A DNA stretch of 64,000 nucleotides from Nitrospirales bacterium (GCA_965203295.1 CBDBCZ010000018.1:1184001-1248000); one strand, 5' to 3'. Counted from the first letter of the stretch, positions 11,457-24,557 are shown. Notes: generated by a model from the sequence alone, not told the origin. Numbers and translations: made by a program.

Positions 11457-14400
11457 AACCTCCTTACTAGAGTGGATCTCTCAGCTTGTTAACACCTAGG
11501 AGCCCTGGCCTCTATCCCCATGCCTCAGTGTAATATAGTTACCATATAGCCTGCATCATAGTTTGCATGAGACCAGTGCCCCTGCTGATGCCATGGTAAC
11601 TACTGATACACTGAGGGACACGAGTCCTGCCCAACCACTCCCCATCGTTTAATACACAGTGTCAATATGTGCAGCACTTACATGACTACACCCAGATACA
11701 CAGCAACTTCCATGGTTCTTTTCTTCTGTAGGCCTATCTCTTGCTTTACCCATTTATTTTCAGGCCCCTTAGTGTAGCTATATCAGCCTTGCTAGCCCTT
11801 GCATTATTTGCATATCAAGTAGCCTAAGTGAGGATGGCACTGTACCACAGTTTCACTGCCCAGGATGGTTGTGTATGCCTTTCAGACGTTCATGACACAA
11901 AGCCCAGCAGTTCTGAGTGCCCTGACATGACTTCTCCAGTTGCACTCTTGGTTAGAAGCCACTGTCTTGCACCACGTGGTACTAGGAATTTGCAATTTTT
12001 CAGTCCGCATACCAGCGCGCGTATCTCGGAGACTGCCTCCGGTACATATCCAGTTTTCGCATATTCTGTAGCCCTATTCCAGTGCTTTCGAATGGTACCA
12101 GTTTTGTGCAGCTCAGGGGGGGCGAACAAAAATGTACTAAGAAAAACCGCACCCCTCTCGCGCGAAGCACGATCGAACCGCCCGTACAAAACGGCTTCTG
12201 TAGGCCAAGCGGTAAGCGCCTGCAACTTGAGACGTGGGATGTAAATAGCAGAGGTATAGGCCTATAAAACCGCTGGCAAACCAGGCGCGTCCAGCTGCTG
12301 ACTTCGTGGTACTAGGTCTTGCAAACACACCGGAAGCTATAGTGCCGCTAATTAAACATTGGAATGCGCTTACGTTCTAACTTCCTGTTTTTTCAATAAT
12401 CCCCGTATACGTGTCACTTGCGGAACGACTGAGCACTTTTTGTTAAACTAACAGCTATCAACTCTTTCTCTATGGTGTAACCCACTATCAGCTGTTTCCT
12501 CTGCACTGTAATAGCTATCAAAATGTTTCCTCTAAGCTATAACAGCTAGCTATCACTGTTATTGTGCTATGACTGTTGTCGCAGCTAAATTTAAAGTAAA
12601 TCCCTTTTGATTCACATTTGGTGTTAGTTTCAGTCAACCAAAACAGCGCTATTGCTTGCGTAAGCTCCTGGTAAACTGGGTGTGCAAAACCATGCAAGTA
12701 TTATAACACCCTTGAGATTTCAATAAATTTGTTACACAATAGCTAGTACACCATGTAGTATTGTAGTCAACAATACTTATTCTGCCTCCTGTAGTTGCTG
12801 GTGTATGCTACAATGCAAGATGTGCTGACTGATTGGGATGGAACTGATATAGGGTATACCTGGGATGTACAAGGAGGAAATGATGCTTTGTTATCATTCA
12901 TTGTCATTGTAACCACACCGATTGCTGTAATTCTTTTTCTGGCATTATTCGCTACTTTACGCACTGTTTTGGATGACAACAATTCTTCTTCATTATTCCA
13001 TTTTTTGTATGGCTTAGAAGTTCCTGCTTTGGTTTTAATCGTTTTTGAGTTCCTCTCTTCTTTTTTCCTGCTAGCCGAGTGTCAGAACTTCTCATGCATT
13101 ATCAAATTCTGTTCAACAATAGCCGTTTTTATTTGTGGATACTTCTTTACCCTTTACGCCATTTATAAAACAAATCGGAACCAACATGGAATATGCATTA
13201 AATTTTTCAAATTTCTACACCAATTCTTTTTAAACTTTGTTTTCCTAAAGGCTCTTGTTGCTGTAACATCCATTAGCTTTATTCCACTAATTCTTCTGGT
13301 TATAGTTTATCCAGCTGAGATTCTTTGTACTCTTATCATTTATTTGTCTATCATTACTATGTCAGCAGTCATGCTATCACCACTCACAATAGCCAGTGTG
13401 GAGATTACTAAACAAGACTGGCGACATGGAGGTGCCGCCGTATGTGGCAGTTTACAGGATGTACAGACTCTGTGCAACAAGACATGGAAGACAGTTGTCA
13501 ATATGAAACACCTACTAATTGTACTAGCAGTCTTCTTTAATGTCTCTTTGGCAGCCATGCTTCTGTGTTTGCTTTACATGCAGGCCCTCTTGGCCGGGGC
13601 AACCAGTAACGTGGCGGTGAATTTTGTGCTGTTTATCATCACTGCTCTCATACCCGGTGGCCTGGTGTATGGAACTGGTAAAGCTGTCCAGAAAAGATTT
13701 TTTACTGGAGAAATGGTGTACGTCATAACCGATGAACAGTTAGGTGAATTCGTAGGTCCGTACACAGTAAAACACGAGGTTGATCCAGAAAGATGTATCA
13801 TTGAAGACGAAGATAAGAAAAATCGTGTTGTCAAGCTGAGTTCCCTGATGAAGCAGAAAGAACACGAGAAACTTACATCCACCCTGTCATCCTCGGTTTC
13901 AACTTCTGAGTCACCAGCAGCACGTGATGGCAGCCTGCAAGAACACACTTCTCCACCAGAACCTTCCACTCCTTCTCAACACTCATCACGGCCTAGCAGT
14001 CAGGCAGAGGTGCCAGTTATACTCGAGGATCGGCCTTCAAACGAAGGGATGACAGATGTTCACAGCCCACAGCAACAACAAGAAGATACGCCTTCCACAG
14101 GACCTTCCACTCCATCTTCACCACCAACGGAGCCTCATAGTCTACCCTGAGCCCATGTTCCACTTGAGGCACAGAGTTGTGCGATTGTTTAGATGCACAC
14201 TTAATGAATTGAGCTTTTGTTTGTGCCCGCTGCTTAATTTAGCTAATACATTTGAGTGATCCTATAGCCTGTATTGTAGCTTGTAGGTTTGGCTACTTAG
14301 ATAACAATACATGTATCCGTGGTTGGATTTGTGCTTCCCCTTTCACAATGTTCATTCTTATACTACCTGTCTTGAATGTCTTGCATGTAATCTGCATCCA

Positions 14401-14871
14401 TGCATGTACCCACCCCTACTGTTAATATGAGCTTTTCAAACACAATCTGTTGAAACAGCAGCTACTGCTTTTAGCAAGTACTCAGGAGGCAGCGCTATGC
14501 AGAGTCCATACACACACACGATTGTATAGAATACACACACACACATGCATGTCCATTCAGCTATATATACAGTGGACGGATTTGCATGAGGTTACATGTA
14601 GCATTATACGACAACCATGTGACGTGACCCAAGGACGATGACATGAACTAACTTGCTAATTTACATAATATTATACAGAAAAAGTGTCATACAATATAAT
14701 TTGACCAATGTCTGAGAAATTAAAACATAAGCGGGTGTACTTATGTACAATAAACAATATCATACACAACAGCCACATTATAACATGGCCACTATTGCTA
14801 ACATACATACATTCATTGGAAACAACAGTAATGGAATGATACAATATCAACTGCATTTTACGACATATCAA

Positions 14872-15470
14872 TCACTCAATTCTAAGGAGACCCTTGTATA
14901 CTGAACTACAAAAACTATTGTTCCAGCCACCAATAACTAGTAGTTCTGTTGGTGACAGCATAGCTGTAGTGCTCTCCATTTGAGGGGCCGGTAGATCACT
15001 GATGTGGATCCATGCATTGGTGGAGGGGGAGTAGACATGGACGGCAGATTGTGGTTTCAGTGGCATTGTATCAGTAGCGATTCCCCCGACTGCAAGAAGA
15101 GATTTATCAAATGTGGCTGCGGCTGGTCCATAGTGTGGGGTGTTGGAAAGAACCTCCCATGCTGAGTTGCTGGTACTGTCCCTGTCAGCGAATGCTTGGT
15201 TGGAAGAGCGCTCTCTCTTAGCTACCCCACCCAGGAGGTACCACCTGTTGTTGATAAGTAGTGATGACGGTCTCCGCCAGGGGAATGGGAGTGGCTCAGT
15301 CGTGTGCCACTGGGAGGTTTCTTCCCTGAAAACTTCAATAACTGAGGTGCGAGTATGTCTAGCATGTCCAGTGTTACCTCCGGCAACTGTCAGGGTAGAA
15401 CGGTGGTTTAGAACAGCTGGTGAATGTCTCGCTGCGGGCATATGTGAAATTGACTGCTTCCAACAGGTCT
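14872..15470 (-). pseudogene. Kelch-repeat locus E, 5'-truncated with an internal deletion
   Basis: Aligns to the Kelch ORFs at 20313 and 33110 from WKQSI onward but lacks the VYAxIDLLLQKA segment. The upstream part is replaced by the GAGGAAACAGCTG repeat. Confidence 0.85.
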
Positions 15471-16348
15471 TCAAAATAGGTTGCTGTGAAAGCAGATGGA
15501 ACTGAGCTATTGCGGACTACATAATAATTATGAGTTTTTAGGATGCACACTTATTTTGGAAGAAACAGCTGGGGATTGGCGACAGCAAACTGTTTAAGTA
15601 GAGCGACAGTTAGCTCCTAATTGTCACTAAACCTAACTGCCACATTGTAGATATCATTACATTTTGTGCATAAAGAAAATACATATCAATCACGTAACTG
15701 CTAGCTGCTGACCACATAGAGGAAACAGCTGCAATATAGCACAGTGTACAAACAGAAGATTATTCTTCACTGAACCAGCTATATATATATGCACAGCCAA
15801 AAGCAATAGCCGCAACCTGTGACTTTTGTTGATATACTATAGTCTACCATAATTATGTGTGCATTAGTGATACGTAAAGCTTGTCAGAAAGGAATTCTTC
15901 AAGAATGCAGAAAAAGTTATTAGTGTGCTAATTAACTGAATTTAAGTGCACAGGGTAACAAATTGTTTCATTAGCGTTATTATGAAATGATTCTCTAGCA
16001 GCAACCCTTAATTATTACTAAGTAGGCAGCTATATAGGGGTCAACATTGTGATATAGCTAGAGAAAGCAAGGTTTCGCGTATATCTAGGAGAGGGGAGAG
16101 TGTGACCACCCCGCCACACTGGCTTCTCAACAGAGAGTTTTCTAAGTGCAGTACAGAGCTTCACTCATTTCGTGGCCTTTCGTTATCAACTTTCAGGCCA
16201 GCTACGTGCTTACAATGGGCTCGACTGAAGGAAACCTGTACGGCCTATGGAATGCCCGCGACTACCTTAAGGGCCAGCCACTGTCGTGAGAACACCCTCA
16301 CCATCCCCTCATCATTTCAACCGTCTCTAAAACTGACCACTACTGCAG

Positions 16349-16416
16349 TATATAGCCTCTACTGGGCCATGGCCACCCTCACCAGCACTGGGTATGGGGA
16401 ACTGTCTGCCACCAAT
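16349..16416 (+). pseudogene. Isolated K+-channel pore-loop fragment (cyclic-nucleotide-regulated channel type)
   Basis: YSLYWAMATLTSTGYGELSATN is a pore helix plus TxGYG selectivity filter. It is preceded by ctgcag. No other channel exons seen. Confidence 0.75.
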
Positions 16417-17404
16417 GTGCAGTTTGGTCTCATTCCCAAGCACTCATACTACATACAACCCACTATGGTTAAATGGTTGTCTACGCTCTGGCACAAAAAC
16501 GTACAGTTATGTATTATAATCACCCAAACTAAACTCACGCTAAAAGTTTTGCATAGGTATGGGGTCGTTTACATTTAACTCTTTCCCAGCCTAGTTTTTA
16601 TACATCCATAAGGCTTATGTGAATTTATAATGGACTTTTTATATTAGGCATTCATATAATGTACATGCAAGTATTTTCTATTTCATATGGGCGCATAAAT
16701 GTGCCCATGGTGTTCAATAAGTTAAAAACATTCCCACATAGTTGCCCTAATAGTTGGTACCACTCTAGCTTGTGGTGTTTATACAAAATACACTGAGAAT
16801 CTGGAGCTCGTACAAGCTAAAGAATCCCCTCAGCTTGTGCTGATAGTTACTTGCTCATTCTGTTGTATCTGGGATGCCATTACAAGTACTAGTGAGAGTA
16901 ATTTCTGAGTCAAATTTTGAAACACTTCAAAGTGATCCCACTCCCTTGTTTACAGAGCCACTAAAGTTTAACATTTTTCTAGCTGTATATGTGCACAATT
17001 TCAGATAAATGTATATTATAAACCATGGCTTAATTTTTATGTAACTTGTGCCATATTTTTAATTTAAGCAGGCACAAATTCAAATGATGTATATTATAGT
17101 TTCATGTAAATTTCACAATAATATTATATTATCATATGCAATGTCATGCACTAGTATTCAGTTGAGATTGCTAGCAAAACCGACTACTTTAAATTTCTGT
17201 TCCACATTAATACACACCACACATGATACTCATTTGACACCAATATGATACTATAGTACAAAAACATATAAATTACATGATGTAGTCAATATGGCCAGAA
17301 TTGCTACATGAAAAAATATACACGAAACAGTTTAATTAGAAGTGATGAGCTATACACCACATATTAGTAAAAAAAAGGTACAGTATCAACTACAGTGTAC
17401 CAAT

Positions 17405-18296
17405 TATTTAATTCAATGTAACCTTTAAACACTTAACTTTCATAGTCATTAATTGCTCCAGCCACCGATAACTAGGAGTTCTGTTGGTGACAGCATTGCT
17501 GTGGTAGTCGCCACTCGGCGGGTTGGTAGATCACTGATGCGGATTCACGCACTGGTGCGGGGGGAATAGATGTGGATTGCAGATTGTGGGTTTGATGGGA
17601 ATATACTAATATTGTTTCCCCCCACTGCCTGGAGAGATGTACCATAGGTAGCTGTGGCTGTTCTATAGTGTGGGGTGTTGGGAAGAAACTCCCAATCTGA
17701 GTTGTTCGCACTGTCCCTGTCAATAGTTGCTTGGTCATGAGGGAGGGCCTTCTGGAGAATAAGTCAACATCAGCACACATTGTTCAGTTGGAACAGAACT
17801 CTTCCCCGACTCTCCCACTCAGGAGGTACCACTTGTTCTTGATGAGTACTGAGGAGGCATTTCACCAGGGGAATGGGAGTGGCTCAGTTGCGTGCTACTG
17901 GGAAGTGTCTTCTCTGAAAAGTTCAACAATTGAGGTGCGAGCACGTCCAGTTTCACAGCAACAGTCAGGGTGGAGTGGTGGCTTAGAACAGCCGGTGAAA
18001 TACGTGCTGTGGACATGGGTGGAATAGATGGGTTCCTATACTCTGGGTCACTTCATTAAACTCATACACTTCATTGATGACAACATTAGATTTCTTTATG
18101 CCACCAACTGTGACAAGTTTTCCCCTCATCGGGTCAAGCCCAAAATAGCTCATAATGCAAGCTGGCAGTGTGTTCCGTGTGTATTCTGATAGACTGTAGA
18201 AGAAGACACACTACACATCATCATCAGCAGCAACCCAATGCCACCGTAGACCCTGTCCCGGATAATAACAGTCTGTCATTTTGGTTAAATCTCTCC
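17405..18296 (-). pseudogene. Kelch-repeat locus D with multiple frameshifts
   Basis: Nucleotide similarity to 20313-21212 over the whole length. The reading frame is broken repeatedly. Confidence 0.9.
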
Positions 18297-18679
18297 TACC
18301 AAAGAGACTCCGATCACAACAAGTGATAATAAGGGTGGAGTATATATGCAGACAGCAAGAGTAGACCCCAATAGTTTGGTCAAAGTCCAGAAGTAACCTA
18401 AGTCAGGAAGAATCTCTAGAAAATCCACAAATGTACGTAATCCTAATGGAGATGAGTTATCAGCCTAATGAATGTGCTAAAGTGGTTTTCTACAGAATGA
18501 TTTATTCTGGGAATCGTGAATAGAAGAGGCAAAGCCCACCATAATATAACTCGTTTGCAAGGACTACAAAGTCCACCATAAAAATGTGAACACCGATTGA
18601 ATGTCAAGTAAGGTGTAGCACGTTTATCATGTTTAGGAGATGGGGGAGAGGCCTAATGAGAGAGTAATTCGCTACAGTT

Positions 18680-18905
18680 TGAATTGGCTGGGTCCTACTG
18701 GCAAGTGCTACTAGTGGGTTTAGTGGCATATAAAGCTTGCCTACTGCTCTTCCGCCAAGGGGCTCCAGTAGCTCAGTTGGTAAGAGCATCTGATTAGTAT
18801 TCAGAAGGTCCTGGGTTCAATCCCCAGCTGGGTCCCGCTTTTTTTGGGATTTCTTTACTCTCTCAGAAAGCTTAGCTATCATCTCTTGAAGAGTTTACAG
18901 TGCAT
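18680..18905 (+). mobile_element. tRNA-Thr(AGT)-derived interspersed repeat, copy 2 (tRNA-like part 18759-18836)
   Basis: GGGGCTCCAGTAGCTCAGTTGGTAAGAGCATCTGATTAGTATTCAGAAGGTCCTGGGTTCAATCCCCAGCTGGGTCCC followed by T7. The anticodon position reads AGT. Confidence 0.8.
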
Positions 18906-19802
18906 ACTGATCTGTGTCATCTGCCTCATAGGTCAAGATTGGTCTACCAGCTACCTTGTGGTGTGGCGCAAAAATCGTTACAGTGCTAAATATCACTGTA
19001 AAAAAGGATTGTCATATTGACCAGTGAGTTGTTGTTTGAATTTCAATCGAGTGAAATACAGCAAAGCTAAGGTGTGTGTGTGTCTTGGGATCAAGAATGT
19101 GGAAAATACGTCAGCGTGCTTTGCTAATGTGTTTCCACATTCTTGAAGCACTCTTTGAATGCAAATTTGGTACACATTAGAAATTGTATTAAACAAACTA
19201 ACCATTTATGCCAATAAGTGCAAGAAAAATAAGCCATCAGGAGTCAACTGCTATGTTCTTAACCCTAGGAAGAGTGCAAAATGATGCATTGAAGCGGAAC
19301 AGTAATCTCCTCTGCCAAGTCATTACGATCCTGATCCTTTAAAGCATGGTCTCAGCTAGAGTGATTTGGGATCAAAGAACACTATAAATAATAGTATTTA
19401 CAATAATATAATCACTTCATTGCAAGGGGAGCTTAGCCTGATTGTGGACCAACTCACAGTACTTGTGATCAATACTCTTTGCAAAGGCGCATCTGAAGCT
19501 GACTGTTGCAGCTGGAGTCATTTATGGACTGATTTTTTATGTCAATGTAGCTAGTGCTGCAAACTCACCCCTCCTCATCCGTCAGCCAAGTGTTCATAGC
19601 CCTGCTGAAATTGGACCTTGGGATTGAGACCTGCTTGTACTAGGTCATGAGCTGTAACAGTAAGACACGGCTGCAGTTCATATTCTGTATTTCTATGGAC
19701 TTCATTTTTTGATGTTATCAGTCACTTTTCTCACAAAATAGCAGTTCTACTTTGCAACAATCTTCTTATATACTGTTCACCACCTCACTCACTATATAAC
19801 TC

Positions 19803-19908
19803 TACTATTGCAGCAGTGTCTATGAACTGGGCTGTGGCCACCCTCACTACATGTAGCACCCACAAACATGGACTTCAGTCCCATACCCAAACACTCATGC
19901 TGGTTAAA
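19803..19908 (+). pseudogene. Degenerate second copy of the channel pore fragment
   Basis: ACTGGGCTGTGGCCACCCTCAC and CCCAAACACTCAT match 16361-16448. Confidence 0.6.
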
Positions 19909-20312
19909 TAAACTACTACGTATGTTGAATAATTGTCCTTTGCATGGCAAATTTTACCATGGTACGTAGTTACATTAAGTATTAGTGGAGTACTTTCTAT
20001 TAACCGTACCACAACATTCCAAAGCAAACCCACTTGCTATTCTAGACACCGCGAGAAAATTTATATAAAACAATCTCACTTTACCAAATTCTAAACAATT
20101 ACAAATTTAATAGCACCTAGCTTGTACAAAACCTTATGCAGTGCATGATATAGTCCAATGTTTGAAAAAGGTTAACAATGATGCACACAGCTAATTAAAG
20201 TAAACTAATAAAAATGAGCTATACAATGCATATTGTAGTAGGTATTTACAAAAATAACAGCAATAGAAAAATGTAGTATCAACTACACGTATTCATGTAT
20301 GAGACAAACCAA

Positions 20313-23300
20313 TCACTCAAGCCGGAGGAGCCCCTTAAATACTAAATTCTGTCTGTCAACGTTCCGGCCACCAATAACTAGGAGCTCTGTTGGAGACAGC
20401 ATTGCTGTCGTAGTGTCCATTTGAGGGATGGGTAGATCACTGATGTGGATCCATGCATTGGTGCAGGGGGAGTAGACGTGGACTGCAATTACTCCATGCA
20501 TGTTTAGCGACCATTTGTGACTAGTGGTTCCCCCCACTGCAAGGAGAGATGTACCAAAAGTGGCTGCAGCTGCTCTATAGTATGGGGTTTTAGGAAGAAT
20601 CTCCCATGCTGACTTGATGGCACTGTTCCTGTCAGCAAACTCTTGGTCATGACGGAAGGCCTTCTGGAGAAGTAAATCAATGTGGGCATACACTGCTCGA
20701 TTGGAAAAGTCCTCTCCCTCAGCTGCTCCACCCAGGAGGTACCACCTGTTGTTGATGAGTAGTGAGGAGGGCTTCCACCATGGGAATGGGAGTGGCTCAG
20801 TCATGTGCCACTGGGAGGTTTCTTCTCTGAAAACTTCAACAATGGATGTGCGACCATATCCAGTATGCCCCCCGGCAACAGCCATGGTGGAGTGGTGGTT
20901 TAGAACAGCTGGTGAATACCGTGCTGTGGGCATAGGTGGAATTGACTGCTTCCAACTCTGAGTCATTTCATCGAACTCACACACTCTATTGGTGACCTCT
21001 TTAGATTTCTTTATGCCGCCGACAGTGGTGAGTTTTCCCCTCACCTGGCCGAGCCCAAAGCCACAAACATTGCAATCTGGTAGTGTCTTCCAGGTGTTTT
21101 CTGATGGACTGTAGCAGAAGACCCGGTATTCATCATCATCAGCAGCAGCACCACCACTTCCACAGTAGATCATGTCCCTGATAACAACAGTCTGTGCTGA
21201 AGTCATCTTCACAGGTAGATCTCTGCATGGCTCCCAGGTGATTTTGGCTTGTGGGTGTAAGGGGTGGGGCTGAGTGCAAAGAGAAAAATGGAATATTGTA
21301 TAATTTGTGTATGTTTTGATGTCACCATAATAAAGAGATCATACAGTTGAGCGATCTGAAGACTAGTAATATTTATACAGTTGCTCAATGCCAAAGGCCT
21401 AAATATTCACTTTCCCTGAAACACATTTGTAGCGAACATGAGGTAACTACCACTATATTATATGAAGTAAAGACAAGAATACAACAATCTATGCATAAAC
21501 AAACTTGAAACAGCATTCAGTCTGATATCCCAATATGAGTGCCCCTAACTACATATAAATGCTATGTACCTGTAACTCTTGTCCTAAGAGAAGCTCTGTT
21601 GCTTTCGTTAGCTGATCAGTGAGACCTCGGATGGTGGAAAACTGGCGCTTGAGGACAGCGTTTTTCTGAGCAAATGTTGCGTCTTTAGTGACTACAGCTG
21701 CTTCTTTGGCTGCAATCTCCACACTCATGGCTGCAATCAATTCGTTCTTTGCTGAAAGTTCCTGATTCAAAACGTGAACCTCCTGCTGTTTGGACTCAAT
21801 CTCACGAACTTTGGAAAGTATTGCCACCTGCAGCCTCCCATTTTCAGACATCGTCTTGGCTGCTTCTTCCTGATGAGCTAAAATCTCTGCTCGTTGGACT
21901 AAGATATCTCTGTCCTTTGACTGGATTTCCTTATCCTTGGACACAACTGTTGCTTGCAGATTCTGATTGACCTTCCTCACTCTCGTTAGTTCTGTTTCCA
22001 GAGCCTCAAGTTTGCTTCTGAAGGCTCTTCTCTCCTGCTCTCTAGCTTCAATCTGAGCCATACACTGCGCAAGGTGCACCTCATTCTCGAACTTCAGCCT
22101 TGTTTGGAAGGTCTCATTCTGAGATTCCAATTCACTCTGAAGGGCTTCAATGTGCCCTAGTTGCAATCGTATCTGCTCAATCTCCAACGAATGTACCTCT
22201 TTGAAACGTTCAATCTCTTCCTGGCGACGTTGAGCTAGCTCTTCCAGTCTCCGAATTTCTCTCCTCAGCTGTGTCTGTGACGTTGTGTTCTGAGACTTCA
22301 ATTCTGTTACCGCATTGCAAACCTGCTCTACTTCAGCTCGATGTGCTTCATTCTGAGCCCTCATCTCAGCTTCATGGATCTCTTTGTTAGCCCTCATCTC
22401 GGCTTTATGGATCTTATTCTGAGCCCTCATCTCGGCTTCATAAACCTCTTTCTGAGCCCTCATTTCGGCTTGATGTGACTCATTCTGAGCCCTCATCTCG
22501 GCTTGATGTGTCTCATTCTGAGTCCGCATCTCAGCTTCATTCTGAGCCCTCATCTCGGTGCGAATCTGCTCTACATCAGCTTCATGCTGTTGAATGAGTT
22601 CCTCTCTTTCCAGCTGGCTCTGTTCATACTCTGCTGTAAATGTCTCAATCTCTTCCCTCAAACTTCCCTTTTCAGTTGCATCAGCTCTGATTTGCTGGAG
22701 CATTTCAACTTGGTTAGGAAAGGCAGGTGGGTTGTGACGTGTCATTTGCTTCATTCGTTCAACCATCTGCGCAGCCGTGGCTCTCTGTCCTGGGTCATTG
22801 CTGACACACCTGAGGATCAGGTCCATCAGGGGGTGGGCATTACCGATATCTCGGAGGTACTCATCTCGACGTTCAGCCTCAGAGACTGCAAGTAGCTGAG
22901 CACGATTTTCAGGATTGACATAGGTGGGCTCACAGAGTGGCAGGGGCCACCTGCCACTGAGAACGTGGATCATCAGAACACCGTACGAGAACTGGTCGAT
23001 TCTTGCATCGTACCTCGGGTTTGCTCTCATTGCCTCAGGTGGCATGTAGGAGGGTGTGCCAGGGGTACAAGTCATGTGACTCATTTGCTGGGGGGTCAGA
23101 TTCAAAATCCTGGCCACCCCCAGATCCGAAATTTTGGCCGTCATGTTGGGGGTAAGGAGGACATTATTAGCCGATAGGTCTCGGTGCACGATGGGTGGAG
23201 TTTGGCTGTGAAGGTGGTACAAACCCAGGGCCACATTATAGAGTATGGAGTAGCTAACCTCCTTTGGAAGAACACCGTACGTATCGATACATCTGGCGAG

Positions 23301-24135
23301 GGTGGTCGGGAGGAACTCCATGACAAGGATCGGAACGCGAGAGCCCTCCTCAAAGTAGACACCTATGAACTGCACGATGTTTGGGTGCCGCATTTGGGCT
23401 AGCAGTCGGCACTCTACCTCAAAGCGACAGACGGTGTCCCCCACTCCTTGCTCATATAGGACAGGGTAGAGCTGCTTTCCTGCACACGCGAGCCCTCTGT
23501 ACTCGAGTCTCAGGACCACAGCGTATGATCCTCGGCCAAATTCTTCCTCAGTCAGTCGGACCCCATTGAGTCTGTACGATTCAAAGCCTGCAGTTGAGGC
23601 ACAGATAGACAAATTTGCTAACTGTTACATACCCTATTCAAATTAAAGGCTTATAGAATCTCTGTTATCGCATTGAAGCTGCAGTCATTTTTCAAGAAAT
23701 TGGTGAGGCTGCACACTGCAAAAATCAGAGGATGGTTTCAAACCAGCTGGGGTTATCTCAGTTGCAGTCTACAAAACAATGTGTACGTAAACAAGTAGAT
23801 AACTCTACCACCCTATTTCTCCAATTTTAGAACAAAGGAAAGATCCATTAGGACAATTATAGTAACACATATCCTGTTCCAGCTTGGCTTCCTGAGTAAA
23901 GTGATCTCACGTATAGATGCACATTCTCTGGTACTGGTGCTGCAACTGAGGTAGCCTTATGTGGGTTTAAACAAACCACATTATTGTTGCAGTCTGGTCT
24001 AAGCTATTAGCTACTCTCGCGTAGACTAGATAACGTTACGCGTAGACTCGAGCTGATAATATACCCTGCGTGACTGCACACCTTACTACAGTATACAGCT
24101 CATTTCAATTAGCTACCTGCAAAAGTTCCTGCCAT
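20313..24135 (-). CDS. Locus A: protein kinase (TKL-like) + coiled coil + Kelch beta-propeller, about 1007 aa; exons 24135-24117, 23617-21570, 21269-20313
   Basis: Kinase motifs GRGSYA, CAGK, HRDLSANN, DLG and YMPPE are intact. About 370 aa of coiled-coil-like sequence. Six GG...W Kelch blades. GT-AG junctions with matching phases (1, then 0) give a continuous 3024-nt frame. Confidence 0.88.
22335..22560 (-). repeat. In-frame 33-nt coding minisatellite (AEMRAQNExHx, six full units plus a partial one)
   Basis: Direct from the translation and from the repeated TTCTGAGCCCTCATCTCGGCTT. Confidence 0.95.
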
Positions 24136-24557
24136 CGTTTCTTTACCGCTCGAAAAAGATAATTGGACGATGGTGTTTATTCTCTGCAGAAGGGGTATCC
24201 GGTCGGTATACAACTCAGTTAAACTGTACTTGAGCAAAGGACTACCACTGCAATTGGTAAACTACAACGGTTCTTAAGCTTTCTGTAGTCCTAATTATAA
24301 TTGCTGCGTTACCCTACGTCAGTTTGATCGTAGATTATTTGATAAACGCATTATGATGTAATTAGTGCTACTCACGTGACCTTCGACGAATCAAACTCGA
24401 TCACATGACCGCGCGTTAAAATCGCTTAATGCACACTTAAGTGTGCACTAAGTTGTTAATGCACACTTAAGTGTGCATTAACAAAATTAGTGCACACTTT
24501 TCTAAATAACGCCCAACAGAACCGTGGCTGTCTCAGGTCAGTGAGTGAACTAAATAC

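Larger units (their letters stand above)
9750..12356. repeat. Long inverted repeat: arms 9750-10277 and 11829-12356, with more diverged homology extending on both sides
   Basis: Arm coordinates sum to 22106 at both ends, so there is no net indel. The mirrored 111-aa translations differ at one residue. Confidence 0.95.
8352..14150 (+). pseudogene. Two-exon membrane receptor-like gene (signal peptide, ectodomain, about 7 TM helices, Ser/Pro-rich tail); exon 1 8352-8823 with a frameshift near 8721, exon 2 12795-14150
   Basis: Signal peptide MCGFLLLLVSVLAQT. Removing ATGC at 8721-8724 restores ...PGTIELKLHTRSNEVLDLSETSTNDVTEVLKILNAR up to a phase-0 donor AGG|GTGAGT, which joins cctgtag|TTG. Seven hydrophobic segments in exon 2. 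Confidence 0.75.

Noticed and set aside
9881..12225. Pair of 111-aa ORFs in the inverted repeat
   Set aside because: Non-ATG starts and no recognisable motif. Their identity follows from the DNA-level repeat.
16102..16578. 158-aa ORF as an intact channel gene
   Set aside because: Only about 22 codons resemble a channel. The rest is unrelated and the start is GTG.
18759..18836. Functional tRNA genes (here and 2039-2115)
   Set aside because: Imperfect acceptor stem with extra bases, a non-canonical T-loop (TTCAATC), differing anticodons and shared repeat flanks. Called tRNA-derived instead.
21549..23612. Stand-alone 687-aa kinase and separate 299-aa Kelch gene as given in the ORF track
   Set aside because: The TTG/GTG starts are not real. 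Phase-matched GT-AG junctions join them into one three-exon gene.
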